Positions 16,444-25,552 of a stretch of DNA of 64,000 bases are shown here, piece by piece. Every line of letters begins with the position of its first letter. Positions within the stretch are counted from its first letter, which is position 1. The DNA lies in the IMG/VR virus record IMGVR_UViG_3300035698_012408, one strand, 5' to 3'. The position numbers and the translations under genes were made by a program. The notes under the pieces were generated by a model. It was not told where the DNA came from, searched no databases, and worked only from the letters and a program-made list of their open reading frames with translations. Source of the stretch: a virus.

Positions 16444-16807
16444 TCATCCCCCAGGTTGGAGTCGCCACCGTGCTGCCCTTGCCGCCGCGTGGTCGCTTGT
16501 CTGGCGTAACCGCCATACTGCCGTCGTTGCCGCCCACGCCCGACATGCCCGTGTCAACGTCACAGAACGTCAACGCCGTCCCATCCTGGAACCGCAGGCC
16601 GAGGTTACTGCCGAGGAAATCCAACGCGATCGGCGCGTTCTCGGTAAACAGCTCACGAGCCTTCGCGATGAAGTCGCTAGCCATCAGGATCTGCCCTGGC
16701 TTCTCTTCAGCCAGCTTCTTCATGACAAAATCAAACACGTCGCTGTACACGCCTTCCGTCGCCGGTGCGTTGATAGGGATGCCAGCGTCTGTGGGGTCAA
16801 TACTCAT
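16427..16807 (-). CDS. hypothetical protein
   Basis: The ATG at 16807 is preceded by AAGGAGG. The track start at 16822 is a TTG. Confidence 0.65.
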   Translation of the reverse strand: MSIDPTDAGIPINAPATEGVYSDVFDFVMKKLAEEKPGQILMASDFIAKARELFTENAPIALDFLGSNLGLRFQDGTALTFCDVDTGMSGVGGNDGSMAVTPDKRPRGGKGSTVATPTWGMNEPQQ

Positions 16808-17153
16808 CAGAACCTCCTTCAATTACAATGGGTCGCAAAACTTTATGGTACTCGAAACCGTCCAGCTCCTGCTGGATAACGGCATGCACCACATCAATGT
16901 CTGCGTTCGTGCTGCGATCCTTCACGTTCAAGCGAAAGACGCCGGGTGAGTCACAGACCACGGAAACCTCTTCCACGTATTTCCCTACATTATGCGTCAT
17001 GTCCACGCTACGCACTGCACGAATGATGGCCCGTGCCATCTCCGTAATTGCCCTGGTAGCTACGACGTCACGCCCTGCTGCAATATTATTCATCGCATGC
17101 GCTGTGTCTTCGTCAGATGGCCCATCTACTTCTGGATCATACTCTTCGCTCAT
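16797..17153 (-). CDS. hypothetical protein
   Basis: 118-aa ORF with a 4-nt overlap with the upstream gene. Confidence 0.65.
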   Translation of the reverse strand: MSEEYDPEVDGPSDEDTAHAMNNIAAGRDVVATRAITEMARAIIRAVRSVDMTHNVGKYVEEVSVVCDSPGVFRLNVKDRSTNADIDVVHAVIQQELDGFEYHKVLRPIVIEGGSDEY

Positions 17154-18202
17154 TTTTCCACCTCAATATCATCTAACTGAATAACGCGATGCTCACGCTC
17201 CACCGGCAATTTGCTGTCTCGTATACTTATCTCGCCATGTGGCTCGGGATCGAAGAACAGCTCCGCCCCGTTATGCACTACCAACCATCTAATCAGCATG
17301 GTGCCAGGGTCCATGCTCTGCACCAACACGAGCTGATCAGAAATCGGGTAACGCATGCGAACGCTGTATCGTTTATCCGTCACACTGGCAGCTTGTGCGA
17401 AGTTCATCGTGAAGTCGAACTCGCCCAGCGACACTGGCTCATCGTGCAGCCGCATGACAGCAGTGTGTAACGCCTGTAGCACGCATTGGAGCCCAAAATC
17501 GTGTGTCTGCATATTCTGCTGCTGCGCGAACAACACCGTTGACGTAAATGCCGCCTTGGTACTGCTTGGCAACCGCATCCCGTGCGTCTCATGCCCTCTC
17601 GCGAAGTTGGCGGTATTGCCTGACCAATGTCTTGGGATATTACTACGCAACTGGGACGGGTCCATGCCGGTCATGCCGGTAGGTCCGTACCCGGAAGGTC
17701 CGTACCCGGAAGCACCCATAGGGCGATCGTAACCTGAACCACCAGCAGCCGCACCCGGGGAATCAGTACCAGACGAACTATCTCCATGCTCAAATGACCA
17801 GTCCTCAGCATCGGAGTCAAGGTGGTGTGGTCTAGCCTCTTCCGCAGCAGGCACACCGACAGGCCCAGGCTCGCCTACCTCGCCGGTCGGACAGCCTTCA
17901 GGTCCCGAGGGCTCACCCGCTGCCCTGTCGCGTAACGCGTCCACCGTTGCACTCACCGCGTCGTTGATTTCCGTCATTTGTGACTCCACACCTGTCATCC
18001 TATCCGCTAACTCATCCGACCTCTGATGCCGCTGCCGCTGCTCCTCTCGTAAATTATCTACCTCTCGCGATCGCGTCTCTATATCTGCCAAATCTGCCAA
18101 CGCCGCATGACTACGCCGTCGCTGTATGCGTATCCGCAACCAGTGATACACGATGAATGCACCGATTACCCATAGACACAGTAAAAATGACGTCAAACTC
18201 AC
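17150..18202 (-). CDS. membrane-anchored coiled-coil protein
   Basis: GTG start with a GGGAGAA leader. Transmembrane segment FLLCLWVIGAFIVYHWL, then a charged helix, a Gly/Tyr-rich linker and a C-terminal globular part. Confidence 0.7.
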   Translation of the reverse strand: MSLTSFLLCLWVIGAFIVYHWLRIRIQRRRSHAALADLADIETRSREVDNLREEQRQRHQRSDELADRMTGVESQMTEINDAVSATVDALRDRAAGEPSGPEGCPTGEVGEPGPVGVPAAEEARPHHLDSDAEDWSFEHGDSSSGTDSPGAAAGGSGYDRPMGASGYGPSGYGPTGMTGMDPSQLRSNIPRHWSGNTANFARGHETHGMRLPSSTKAAFTSTVLFAQQQNMQTHDFGLQCVLQALHTAVMRLHDEPVSLGEFDFTMNFAQAASVTDKRYSVRMRYPISDQLVLVQSMDPGTMLIRWLVVHNGAELFFDPEPHGEISIRDSKLPVEREHRVIQLDDIEVEK

Positions 18203-18220
18203 TACATTCTCCCGCTACAC

Positions 18221-18258
18221 GAAAAAAGGCGGCCGGGCGCTAAGCCTCAGCCGCCTTT
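18221..18258 (-). terminator. rho-independent terminator after the tubulin-like gene
   Basis: Stem aaggcggc (18226-18233) / gccgcctt (18250-18257), followed on the minus strand by TTTTTTC. Confidence 0.7.
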
Positions 18259-18291
18259 CCCTGGCGTCCGATTCATGTTTGATTATCTGAA

Positions 18292-19455
18292 TTATACACC
18301 AAGGAAGTCTGCGACGCTATCCCGGGTCTCCCCGGCTTTCACCGCAAGCTCCTGAAGACGTTCCAACGGCATCGGCAAGTTCCCCACCATTGCGAGAATC
18401 TTGATGCCGTCGCCCCCGCTGGCCGGGTAGACGCCTGGGAACACTGCGGAATCGGCCGGAGTAAGGATACGATTCATCATCTCGGTGCCGTGGTCCAGCA
18501 CGCCAACCGTGATAGGCTCCGGCCCGGACCAAGCTGCGCCACTCACGACGTAGATGAGCCCGGCGACGTTGCCCTGGGTGAGATCGATCGTAGCCAACAC
18601 ATTCCGGCGAAGCTGATCACGGATGGGCGTACTGACGTCGCTCGGCTCCGCCCACTTCGTGATATTGCAAGCTGCAAAGGCCACAATTCCACTGTCCATG
18701 ATCTTGCTGAAATCGGCCGGATCGAATGTCGTACCACCCACATCCTCGCTCTCCGTGCCGGCGAGCCGGTTGAAGGTATGGAGGATCTGAGCCGTACTCT
18801 GGTTAGATGCCGGTTTCTCTTGTGGTACTGGCACCTTGGCACCATAGAGCGTTTTGAACTTCTCGTTGTCGATGAAGATCACAGGGCTCACCTTGAGCTT
18901 GTTCAGCACCTTCGCCGAGTGGAGAATGTTCTTTGCGCTACGCTGGCCTTCGGAGTCCTTTGGCATGGCCATGATGACACCAACACGCGGAGGTCGCTTC
19001 TTCTCCTGCATGTAGCGCTTGGCTACCTGGACCACCTTAGCGAACGCCCCGGCACCCGTACCGCCCGCCCCAGAGAGGCAGACAAACACGTAATCCGGGT
19101 CCTCGCCCCAGCAGCGCTGGAAGAGATCATAGAGATCCTCGTCCTTATCCGCTACCAGTCGAGCCGCCGTGTGCGGATCTTTACCTGCACCCCGCGCCTG
19201 CCCCACATCGAGCTTGGCGGTGTCCGGGAACGTCTTCAGCTCGGCCAAGTCGGCAATCGCCGTGTTGACCGCACAGACTCGGGTGTACCCGATTTCCTGA
19301 AACGTCTTGGCTATCCGCCCGCCAGCTTGTCCGACACCCACAAACGCGAATTTGTAAGCTACCGGATGATCAAACTTGTCGGCGATAGTCATCCCCGTAG
19401 GGCTCTCAGGAACCTCTGGTAGGTCCCCAATGTTGAGATGGATGTCATCACTCAT
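18292..19455 (-). CDS. tubulin/FtsZ-superfamily GTPase
   Basis: FVGVGQAGGRIA (T1), LSGAGGTGAGA (T4 signature), IFIDNEKF, TTFDPADFSKIM (T7-like loop), C-terminal DSVADFLGV. Confidence 0.85.
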   Translation of the reverse strand: MSDDIHLNIGDLPEVPESPTGMTIADKFDHPVAYKFAFVGVGQAGGRIAKTFQEIGYTRVCAVNTAIADLAELKTFPDTAKLDVGQARGAGKDPHTAARLVADKDEDLYDLFQRCWGEDPDYVFVCLSGAGGTGAGAFAKVVQVAKRYMQEKKRPPRVGVIMAMPKDSEGQRSAKNILHSAKVLNKLKVSPVIFIDNEKFKTLYGAKVPVPQEKPASNQSTAQILHTFNRLAGTESEDVGGTTFDPADFSKIMDSGIVAFAACNITKWAEPSDVSTPIRDQLRRNVLATIDLTQGNVAGLIYVVSGAAWSGPEPITVGVLDHGTEMMNRILTPADSAVFPGVYPASGGDGIKILAMVGNLPMPLERLQELAVKAGETRDSVADFLGV

Positions 19456-19475
19456 AATATCACTGGACTCCCTGG

Positions 19476-20018
19476 TTACTCCGGGACCGATGCGATCTGG
19501 GTAAGGTCAAACCCGTCGTCCTCGGCACCAGCATTTTCATCCTGAACGTCGTCGGCTGCCATCTTGTTGAGCTCTACGACGACCTCATTGTACAGAGGCA
19601 GATTCGCCGATTGCAGCTCGACCAGAGCTGTATTGTAATCATCCGCACCCATTGATGCAAGGCTTTCCGCCGTGACGCGAGCCTGCGAAGGCCTCTCCGA
19701 GATGGTGGAATCGCCGAGTTGTAGCTCGGCAGTGCCGGCCTGCGCCGGCGCGGGGTCCTGCGTGGCAGGTCTCGCGACGGTTGCCGCAACCTCGGCCGTC
19801 ACGACCGGATCGATGACAATCGCCGGCTCCGGCAACGGCTCCGGTGTCGGTGACGGTGGAGCAACCACAGCCGCCGCAACAGGCTCCTTGGGAAAATGAT
19901 TCGCGACAGGCAACGCCCTGGGTTTCGCACCCGCGACGCCGACTGGCGTGAAATTCTTCTGTGAAGACGGTGGCGGCTCTCTGTCCCGCAGTCGCTTACG
20001 GTACTTGATTTGACTCAT
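19476..20018 (-). CDS. hypothetical Pro/Ala-rich protein with an acidic C-terminus
   Basis: 180-aa ORF immediately upstream of the tubulin-like gene. Confidence 0.6.
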   Translation of the reverse strand: MSQIKYRKRLRDREPPPSSQKNFTPVGVAGAKPRALPVANHFPKEPVAAAVVAPPSPTPEPLPEPAIVIDPVVTAEVAATVARPATQDPAPAQAGTAELQLGDSTISERPSQARVTAESLASMGADDYNTALVELQSANLPLYNEVVVELNKMAADDVQDENAGAEDDGFDLTQIASVPE

Positions 20019-20032
20019 CGCTAAATCTCCTT

Positions 20033-21085
20033 TTAAGCAAATATCCGTCGAATATTAGACCCAAAGGTCTCACGACGGAGGTGAAGGCCCTTCGACACGC
20101 TTTGCTGCAACGAATACAGCCGCTCCGTGTCTAAGGCGTCATTCCGAAATACATCATCCATGAGAGCATAATCAGGAGCAGCACAAGGCAACCCTATATT
20201 ATTCTTCTCTTCGGACGTGTCAACCAGAATCCCGTGAACACCGTTCACAAACATCTCGGACATCGGCTGACAGTTAAATGTCACAACAGGTGTCCCCATT
20301 GTCACCGATAACAGCCCTACCATACAAGTGCTTTCCCAGTGTGTTGGCCAGAAAGTTACATCATGCTGACGGAAGAGCAGCGGCCGGGACGCTGGATGCA
20401 CCCCCTTATATAATGAAAGTCGACCCGGGAATTGCTTCTTCAATTGCTTCAGTAAGCGCTTCCCAGGCGACGCAATTGTTGACGAATTATAAACCACGCT
20501 GAGCGAGGCTTTCGGACATCCCTCTAAGGCTCGTCCGGCCACTTCCAGGGCTGTCAATTCTACACGCCTCGCCACGCCGTCGTATATCGGCATGAGTATC
20601 TTTGGTGCGGTCGGCTGGTAGTCCTGCGGCTTCTTGCAGATTGGCAAACCCACGTCCCAAGGAACCACAACCACGTTATCCAGTTTCCATTGATAGCCGA
20701 GAAACTGTGCCGCCGCCATCGTTGGCGCGATCACCATGTCAGCTGCCTGTAAGGCTGCCCGGTCAGCTACCCGCGACTCCATGCTCAGCTCATGCCACAG
20801 CACAAAAATACATGTGCGACGCTGCTGTTTCTTCGCATACTTGACTTGCTGCGGGTGCGGGATACTCGTCCACAAGACGATGTCGCACTGTTGCAGCCAC
20901 TTCGTAAATTTAAGGTCACGGCTTCGCCGAACCTGTGCATCCCACTTGTTCGACACGCGACGCGGTGTGTCAGTCATTGTTAATATCGACACGTCATGCC
21001 CATGTGCGACAGCCGAATCCGCAATGCGTAATCCTGCATAAGTCGCTTCATGAAAACAGTAACGGGTACAGATGCCTAGATTCAC
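20033..21085 (-). CDS. GT-B fold glycosyltransferase (GT4-like)
   Basis: N-terminal LGICTRY...AHGHDVSILT. C-terminal PTHWESTCMVGLLSVTMGTPVVTF...VNGVHGILV resembles the E-x7-E block. Confidence 0.65.
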   Translation of the reverse strand: MNLGICTRYCFHEATYAGLRIADSAVAHGHDVSILTMTDTPRRVSNKWDAQVRRSRDLKFTKWLQQCDIVLWTSIPHPQQVKYAKKQQRRTCIFVLWHELSMESRVADRAALQAADMVIAPTMAAAQFLGYQWKLDNVVVVPWDVGLPICKKPQDYQPTAPKILMPIYDGVARRVELTALEVAGRALEGCPKASLSVVYNSSTIASPGKRLLKQLKKQFPGRLSLYKGVHPASRPLLFRQHDVTFWPTHWESTCMVGLLSVTMGTPVVTFNCQPMSEMFVNGVHGILVDTSEEKNNIGLPCAAPDYALMDDVFRNDALDTERLYSLQQSVSKGLHLRRETFGSNIRRIFA

Positions 21086-21088
21086 AGC

Positions 21089-21925
21089 TCAACCCTTGAA
21101 AGCCTTCACACTATCTGCCATAGCGTACGGGGGATTGACATAAAAACCAATGCGACCCTTGGAGCCCCGATGCCACGTGCGTCGAGGACGTACCAATGAA
21201 ACCACACCAAAATGCTGACACACAAACGGCACCAATAACCCTGCCCAGAGTCCGTTCCGCGATGCTGCTTTCTTCAATTGATCATCAAACTTCTGTTTTG
21301 TATTATGCTTGCGCCTGAAGAAATTATCAAGCGTAGTAAACCCTTCCCGTGTTACGTACAAACACTGCGCGGTGATCCCGCCCTCGCGCACACGCTGCTT
21401 ATCGCAGTTCTTTATTTTCTTGTTCAGATGCAGTCCCGAGAGGATTGCCAGCGGTTTAGCGAATAATAACTCATCCGCCGCCACCTGCGTCAAGCGTTCG
21501 TACCAATCCTCTTTGAATATCACATCATCTTGTAGCAAGATGACCCCAGGAGCATCAGGATATTTGTCGAACATGCGACAGACAGCTTGGCAGGACGCAT
21601 TGACCACGCCAGCCGGCTTCTTCCCTAGCCGCACGACACCGACACGTCCACGCAATCCTACAGGTGGCTTCGCACTTTTGTTGATTACGTCAAGCCCCAA
21701 CTTCTTCCACATGGCATGTTGTGGCCACTTGTGTTCCGACCCTGTCCCTCGGGCGGTAGTGTAGTACGTTCGGGCCTCCGTGGTGTCGCTGGCATCATCA
21801 AACACAGTCAGCGGCACAGCTTCAGGAAGCCGTGTCGCCGACAATGATCGTAAGGTCACGTCAAGGTAATGAATACGGTTACGTGATATGATGCCAATCG
21901 GCACCAGTTTACCAACTTCTGCCAA
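21089..21925 (-). CDS. GT-A fold glycosyltransferase (GT2-like)
   Basis: TTG start with an AGGAG leader. VPIGIISRNRIHYLDVTLRSL, LTVFDDASDTTEA, LLQDDVIF (DxD-like). Confidence 0.6.
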   Translation of the reverse strand: MAEVGKLVPIGIISRNRIHYLDVTLRSLSATRLPEAVPLTVFDDASDTTEARTYYTTARGTGSEHKWPQHAMWKKLGLDVINKSAKPPVGLRGRVGVVRLGKKPAGVVNASCQAVCRMFDKYPDAPGVILLQDDVIFKEDWYERLTQVAADELLFAKPLAILSGLHLNKKIKNCDKQRVREGGITAQCLYVTREGFTTLDNFFRRKHNTKQKFDDQLKKAASRNGLWAGLLVPFVCQHFGVVSLVRPRRTWHRGSKGRIGFYVNPPYAMADSVKAFKG

Positions 21926-21935
21926 TTCTCTGCTC

Positions 21936-24053
21936 CTAGTTTAAGTCGATAAACCTGCTCTGCTTACCGAATTCCCGTTGAATGTCCGCTTCCTTCCTTC
22001 CGTGATACCACGCCATGAGCTGCTGCTCCGCGGAGGAGACGTCTCTTGGCGTGTTCTCCTCCAGCACTCGCAACACGGGATTGTCGACCGCCGCGGCCTG
22101 CTTCCCATACTGCTGCTGCAACACCATCTCTCGCCCTTGCAGTGACGCGTCTCGTTTGATCTCGTCCATCTGGGACTTGACCAACGCATGAATCGTCGGA
22201 TCTTCCTGCTTGAGCTGAATGAGGAAGGAATCCTTCTGTGACTCTGGCATGGCTATGGCCTGCTGGGCCAACGTGGACGCCGTGGTATTCATCTCCTCGA
22301 CAGACTGTGGCTTGTTAGGCAGCAATGGCTGCCCGGCCATGAACGCATACACGGCACCCTGCGGGCCTTGCGGCTGACCCATAGCGCCCATCGGCGGAGC
22401 AGGCTGCCCACCCGGGGCAGGTGCGGCTGGAGCGCCACCGCCCGGCATCGCGCCGGGCATTCCCTGCATGGCTGGCATCTGCCCACCCGCGGCTGCCGGA
22501 TCTCCACCAGGAGGTGGTTGAGGCAGTGCCATCTCATCCATGACGGCTGACTGCTCCATCTCTTCCTGCATATCCTGCGTGGCCTCGGCCGTGATCCGTT
22601 CTTCTTCCAGCTTGCGTCGCTCTTCTTCGGCGTACTCGATGCCGACGCTGGCGAGCCCGGTGGTTCGACTGACCTGTCCACCCATCATGAGCTGGAGCTT
22701 GGCCATCTGACGATTCAAGTCGTCCGCATGGGTGACCCGCTGCAATCGAGCGTTCACAGGTTCCCACGACATGACTTGACTGATCTTATCAACGAGCTTG
22801 TTGAGGAAGCGATTCAGATTATGTACGAGGTGACTCCAGTTGGCCTCAAACAGCCGCAGCGCGGCTGGAGCCGACTGAACGCTCAATGAGCCCTTGTAGA
22901 GCTCCACAGGGATACCGATGGACGTCAGCAGCGTATCCATGCCCAATTCCAGCAAGTCCTTCGGAGCGAGCTGTGTAGCGTCACCACCGAGGGCCTGATA
23001 ATCGATCGGGAACGGCAAGATGTTCCAGCGAGCTGGATCTCGTCGCCGCTGCTTGAGCATGTTATTCACACGCCCTGTGAACGACCCGAGATTGATGCTT
23101 AGGACTGGGTCATTGACCTCGCCACCCTGGCCTGGGCGTGGCTGCGGAGTGATCACGCGGAACGGGATCACGTAATCCAAGGCGATCGCTTCATTGTAGC
23201 GATGAAGCACCTGGACGTACCACGCCTGTCGGAAGTTGGCCAGCACACGCGAAATACCCCAGCCGCGATTTCTCACGCCGGCCAAGGCTTGTTCTTTCAT
23301 GTGGTAGACAACGTCGTTGTCAAACAGCAAGGCCTGATTATTCTGCACGGCCTCGACGATCTCCCAACTGGCCCGCTCCAGATGGAACAGATGACCCTTG
23401 CGCACCAGATTCTGGTAATCCTCGGGGATTCGCCAGATGAACGACGCGTCGTCCGTGTGCGGGTCCCACAGCACGTCTATCTCGTGTGGGTTCCATCGTT
23501 TGATCTTGATCTGGCCATTCTCGCCAGATCGACGATCGATATGCTCCCAGGCCCCTGTGTAATCACACTCGGGACATTTCGCGTTGAACTGATACCCAGT
23601 CCACGAGAAATTGAACATGTCCGTGTTGTAAACTCGCTTCAGCGGTAACTCCAGCCCGCAGTCGGGGCAGGCAAGATACCTGCGGAATGGGACCAGCAGA
23701 CTGGTGAAGCTGTTACCGTATACCAGATAGTCCAGAGCGACGGTGGCCAGCACGTCCTTGATACCCAGGGTATCGTTGAGGAAATCCTCGTACTTCTTCT
23801 TCTCCTCGCGGCCGATCCGTTCATCTCCGTCACCCGCTGACACGATCTCAATGTCGGTCAGGAAGTATGAGATGATCCGAGCAAGCGCAGAACGATATGG
23901 CCCATTGGCCATAGCGATATACTCACACCAGCGTAATGCGTCCCTGATAGTCGTGGGCATGGCCGTGGAGGCCACATCACAAAACGGGTCAGGAAAACGA
24001 TCGTCAGCGTGCGTATTACTCCCTTGTGTGGGAGAACTAAATAGGTTGGCCAT
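21936..24053 (-). CDS. large protein, possible portal/connector (function uncertain)
   Basis: 705-aa ORF with an AGGAG leader. Size and a C-terminal helical plus low-complexity tail are loosely reminiscent of podovirus portals. Has an internal zinc ribbon CPDCG...CPECDY. No decisive motif. Confidence 0.45.
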   Translation of the reverse strand: MANLFSSPTQGSNTHADDRFPDPFCDVASTAMPTTIRDALRWCEYIAMANGPYRSALARIISYFLTDIEIVSAGDGDERIGREEKKKYEDFLNDTLGIKDVLATVALDYLVYGNSFTSLLVPFRRYLACPDCGLELPLKRVYNTDMFNFSWTGYQFNAKCPECDYTGAWEHIDRRSGENGQIKIKRWNPHEIDVLWDPHTDDASFIWRIPEDYQNLVRKGHLFHLERASWEIVEAVQNNQALLFDNDVVYHMKEQALAGVRNRGWGISRVLANFRQAWYVQVLHRYNEAIALDYVIPFRVITPQPRPGQGGEVNDPVLSINLGSFTGRVNNMLKQRRRDPARWNILPFPIDYQALGGDATQLAPKDLLELGMDTLLTSIGIPVELYKGSLSVQSAPAALRLFEANWSHLVHNLNRFLNKLVDKISQVMSWEPVNARLQRVTHADDLNRQMAKLQLMMGGQVSRTTGLASVGIEYAEEERRKLEEERITAEATQDMQEEMEQSAVMDEMALPQPPPGGDPAAAGGQMPAMQGMPGAMPGGGAPAAPAPGGQPAPPMGAMGQPQGPQGAVYAFMAGQPLLPNKPQSVEEMNTTASTLAQQAIAMPESQKDSFLIQLKQEDPTIHALVKSQMDEIKRDASLQGREMVLQQQYGKQAAAVDNPVLRVLEENTPRDVSSAEQQLMAWYHGRKEADIQREFGKQSRFIDLN

Positions 24054-24075
24054 CCCTAGCTCCTGGATATATTTT

Positions 24076-24089
24076 GGTACTTAGGAACC
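24076..24089 (+). repeat. GGTACTTAGGAACC motif copy (d)
   Basis: Spans the stop codon of 24081..24257, 23 nt upstream of the ATG at 24053. Confidence 0.8.
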
Positions 24090-24257
24090 AGATGGGTCGA
24101 CGCGTCCCGCCACTTGATCCGCCAAGCGATGTGTCACGTCGTCATCCAGATTCTGGGTCTGTGAAGCTGCGGTAGCCTGCTTTTCTCCTGGTCGTTGGAC
24201 ATTCCGATCTTCGACATCGGGTGTCTGACCCGGCTCTACAACGGCTCGCTTTTCCAT
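24081..24257 (-). CDS. small hypothetical protein (58 aa)
   Basis: ORF 24081..24323. The ATG at 24257 is preceded by AAGGAGGG and follows the upstream stop at 24278. Confidence 0.55.
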   Translation of the reverse strand: MEKRAVVEPGQTPDVEDRNVQRPGEKQATAASQTQNLDDDVTHRLADQVAGRVDPSGS

Positions 24258-24277
24258 CGGCGTACCCTCCTTCTGGG

Positions 24278-25405
24278 TTACTCTGGCGGCAGCGCACCGG
24301 TTTCCGTGATCATCAGAGTACAATGCTCCAAATGACCAACGGCGTACTGCACACCCGTTGTTTGTACCCGATAAACCTCCTCCGTACCAGTGACATTCAT
24401 GGCCAACGGTGGAGGATTATCACTTTCGGCCACCGGCGGGAACCACCGAGGCCCCTGGTATCGATTGTCGTAAACGAGAATGATAAATCCAGGCTGCACG
24501 ATCACGTCATGGTAATACGCCCTGTTCGTGCCATACCCTTCCATCTCGAAGACGACCTCGATCGTCGGCTGCGCCGGCCCTGCCTGAGCGCGAGAACCAG
24601 CTGGGGCTTCGTCACGCAGATCGATTGCCCTGAGCTCACGAGTGGGTTCGGGTGCTGGCGGCTGCTGGTTAAAGGCTGCCAGAGGAGCTACACGGCGCTG
24701 CGGGGCTGCGTGGGCCGCGGTTTGAAGCGTTGGAGCAGGAATCTCCTGCTGTACCGCAGGTTGCGGTGCAAACTGTTGTACAGCCACAGGTTGCTGTGCC
24801 TGCGGCGGCATCGGTTGAACGGGTTGTGCAACATACGGCTGCACGGGCTGCTGTGATTGATGGTGCATAACCGGTTGCTGTGCAACAGGTTGAGCCATCT
24901 CAAGCGGCTGCTCTTGCAACGCCGGGCCTGCCCCCGCGACAGTTGCGGCGATACCGTGCATGGTTGCCGCCCCTCGCAGTCGCAACGTCTCGATGCTCGT
25001 CGGTTCCGGTGTGACGTCGCGGGCCATAGCGATCCCAGCGGCCACAGTCTGCTGATTGATGTCGCCAAGCCGGACGCGTGAGCTCTGCCCGGCAATATGC
25101 GGATCAATCACGACCTCGATGTCGCTGGTTACGTGTGGGGACGTGCCCTGAGGGATGCCTCCCATCGTGGAACGTGGGATAATGGTACCATTCAACCCTG
25201 CGGGTCCGGGTCGCATTACGCCTGTCACAGGCGTGCCAGCAGCCGTACGCTCACCCGCGGCTGGGCGGTACCCATATTGCGTCTCAGGCGTAACAGGTCG
25301 GCCGGTGTCACGCTGGGGTAGAGGCTGTGCATCTCCATAGCCTCCGGTCTCTCCGTCGAAAAACGGGTCCAGCTGCACAATCCTATTGCGTTCTGTCATT
25401 ATCAT
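24278..25405 (-). CDS. hypothetical protein with a central Q/P-rich tract
   Basis: 375-aa ORF, first gene after a terminator-like hairpin. Confidence 0.7.
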   Translation of the reverse strand: MIMTERNRIVQLDPFFDGETGGYGDAQPLPQRDTGRPVTPETQYGYRPAAGERTAAGTPVTGVMRPGPAGLNGTIIPRSTMGGIPQGTSPHVTSDIEVVIDPHIAGQSSRVRLGDINQQTVAAGIAMARDVTPEPTSIETLRLRGAATMHGIAATVAGAGPALQEQPLEMAQPVAQQPVMHHQSQQPVQPYVAQPVQPMPPQAQQPVAVQQFAPQPAVQQEIPAPTLQTAAHAAPQRRVAPLAAFNQQPPAPEPTRELRAIDLRDEAPAGSRAQAGPAQPTIEVVFEMEGYGTNRAYYHDVIVQPGFIILVYDNRYQGPRWFPPVAESDNPPPLAMNVTGTEEVYRVQTTGVQYAVGHLEHCTLMITETGALPPE

Positions 25406-25435
25406 ACCTTTCTGCGATTACACTGCTTATCTGCT

Positions 25436-25468
25436 CTGACGGGTAACAACTATAGCTTACCCCGTCAG
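25436..25468. promoter_or_regulatory. inverted repeat upstream of 24278..25405
   Basis: ctgacgggtaa (25436-25446) / ttaccccgtcag (25457-25468): 11-bp arms with one bulge. No U-tract, so it is not a terminator. Confidence 0.35.
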
Positions 25469-25499
25469 CCACGAAAGGGCAACAGGGCTTCCAATAGCT

Positions 25500-25544
25500 A
25501 AAAAAAAGTCTACGACCGACCCGGGGTCACCCCCGAGCCGATCG
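25500..25544 (-). terminator. possible rho-independent terminator
   Basis: 14-bp GC-rich stem (25513-25526 / 25531-25544, including 3 G-U pairs). A T8 run on the minus strand is separated from the stem by 5 nt. Confidence 0.4.
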
Positions 25545-25552
25545 CACACGTA

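Noticed and set aside
21936-24053. Confident portal protein call, and by extension a structural module
   Set aside because: The call rests only on size, a helical C-terminal region and a vague similarity in layout to T7-type connectors. No terminase, major capsid or tail gene is recognisable nearby. Kept as a low-confidence possibility.
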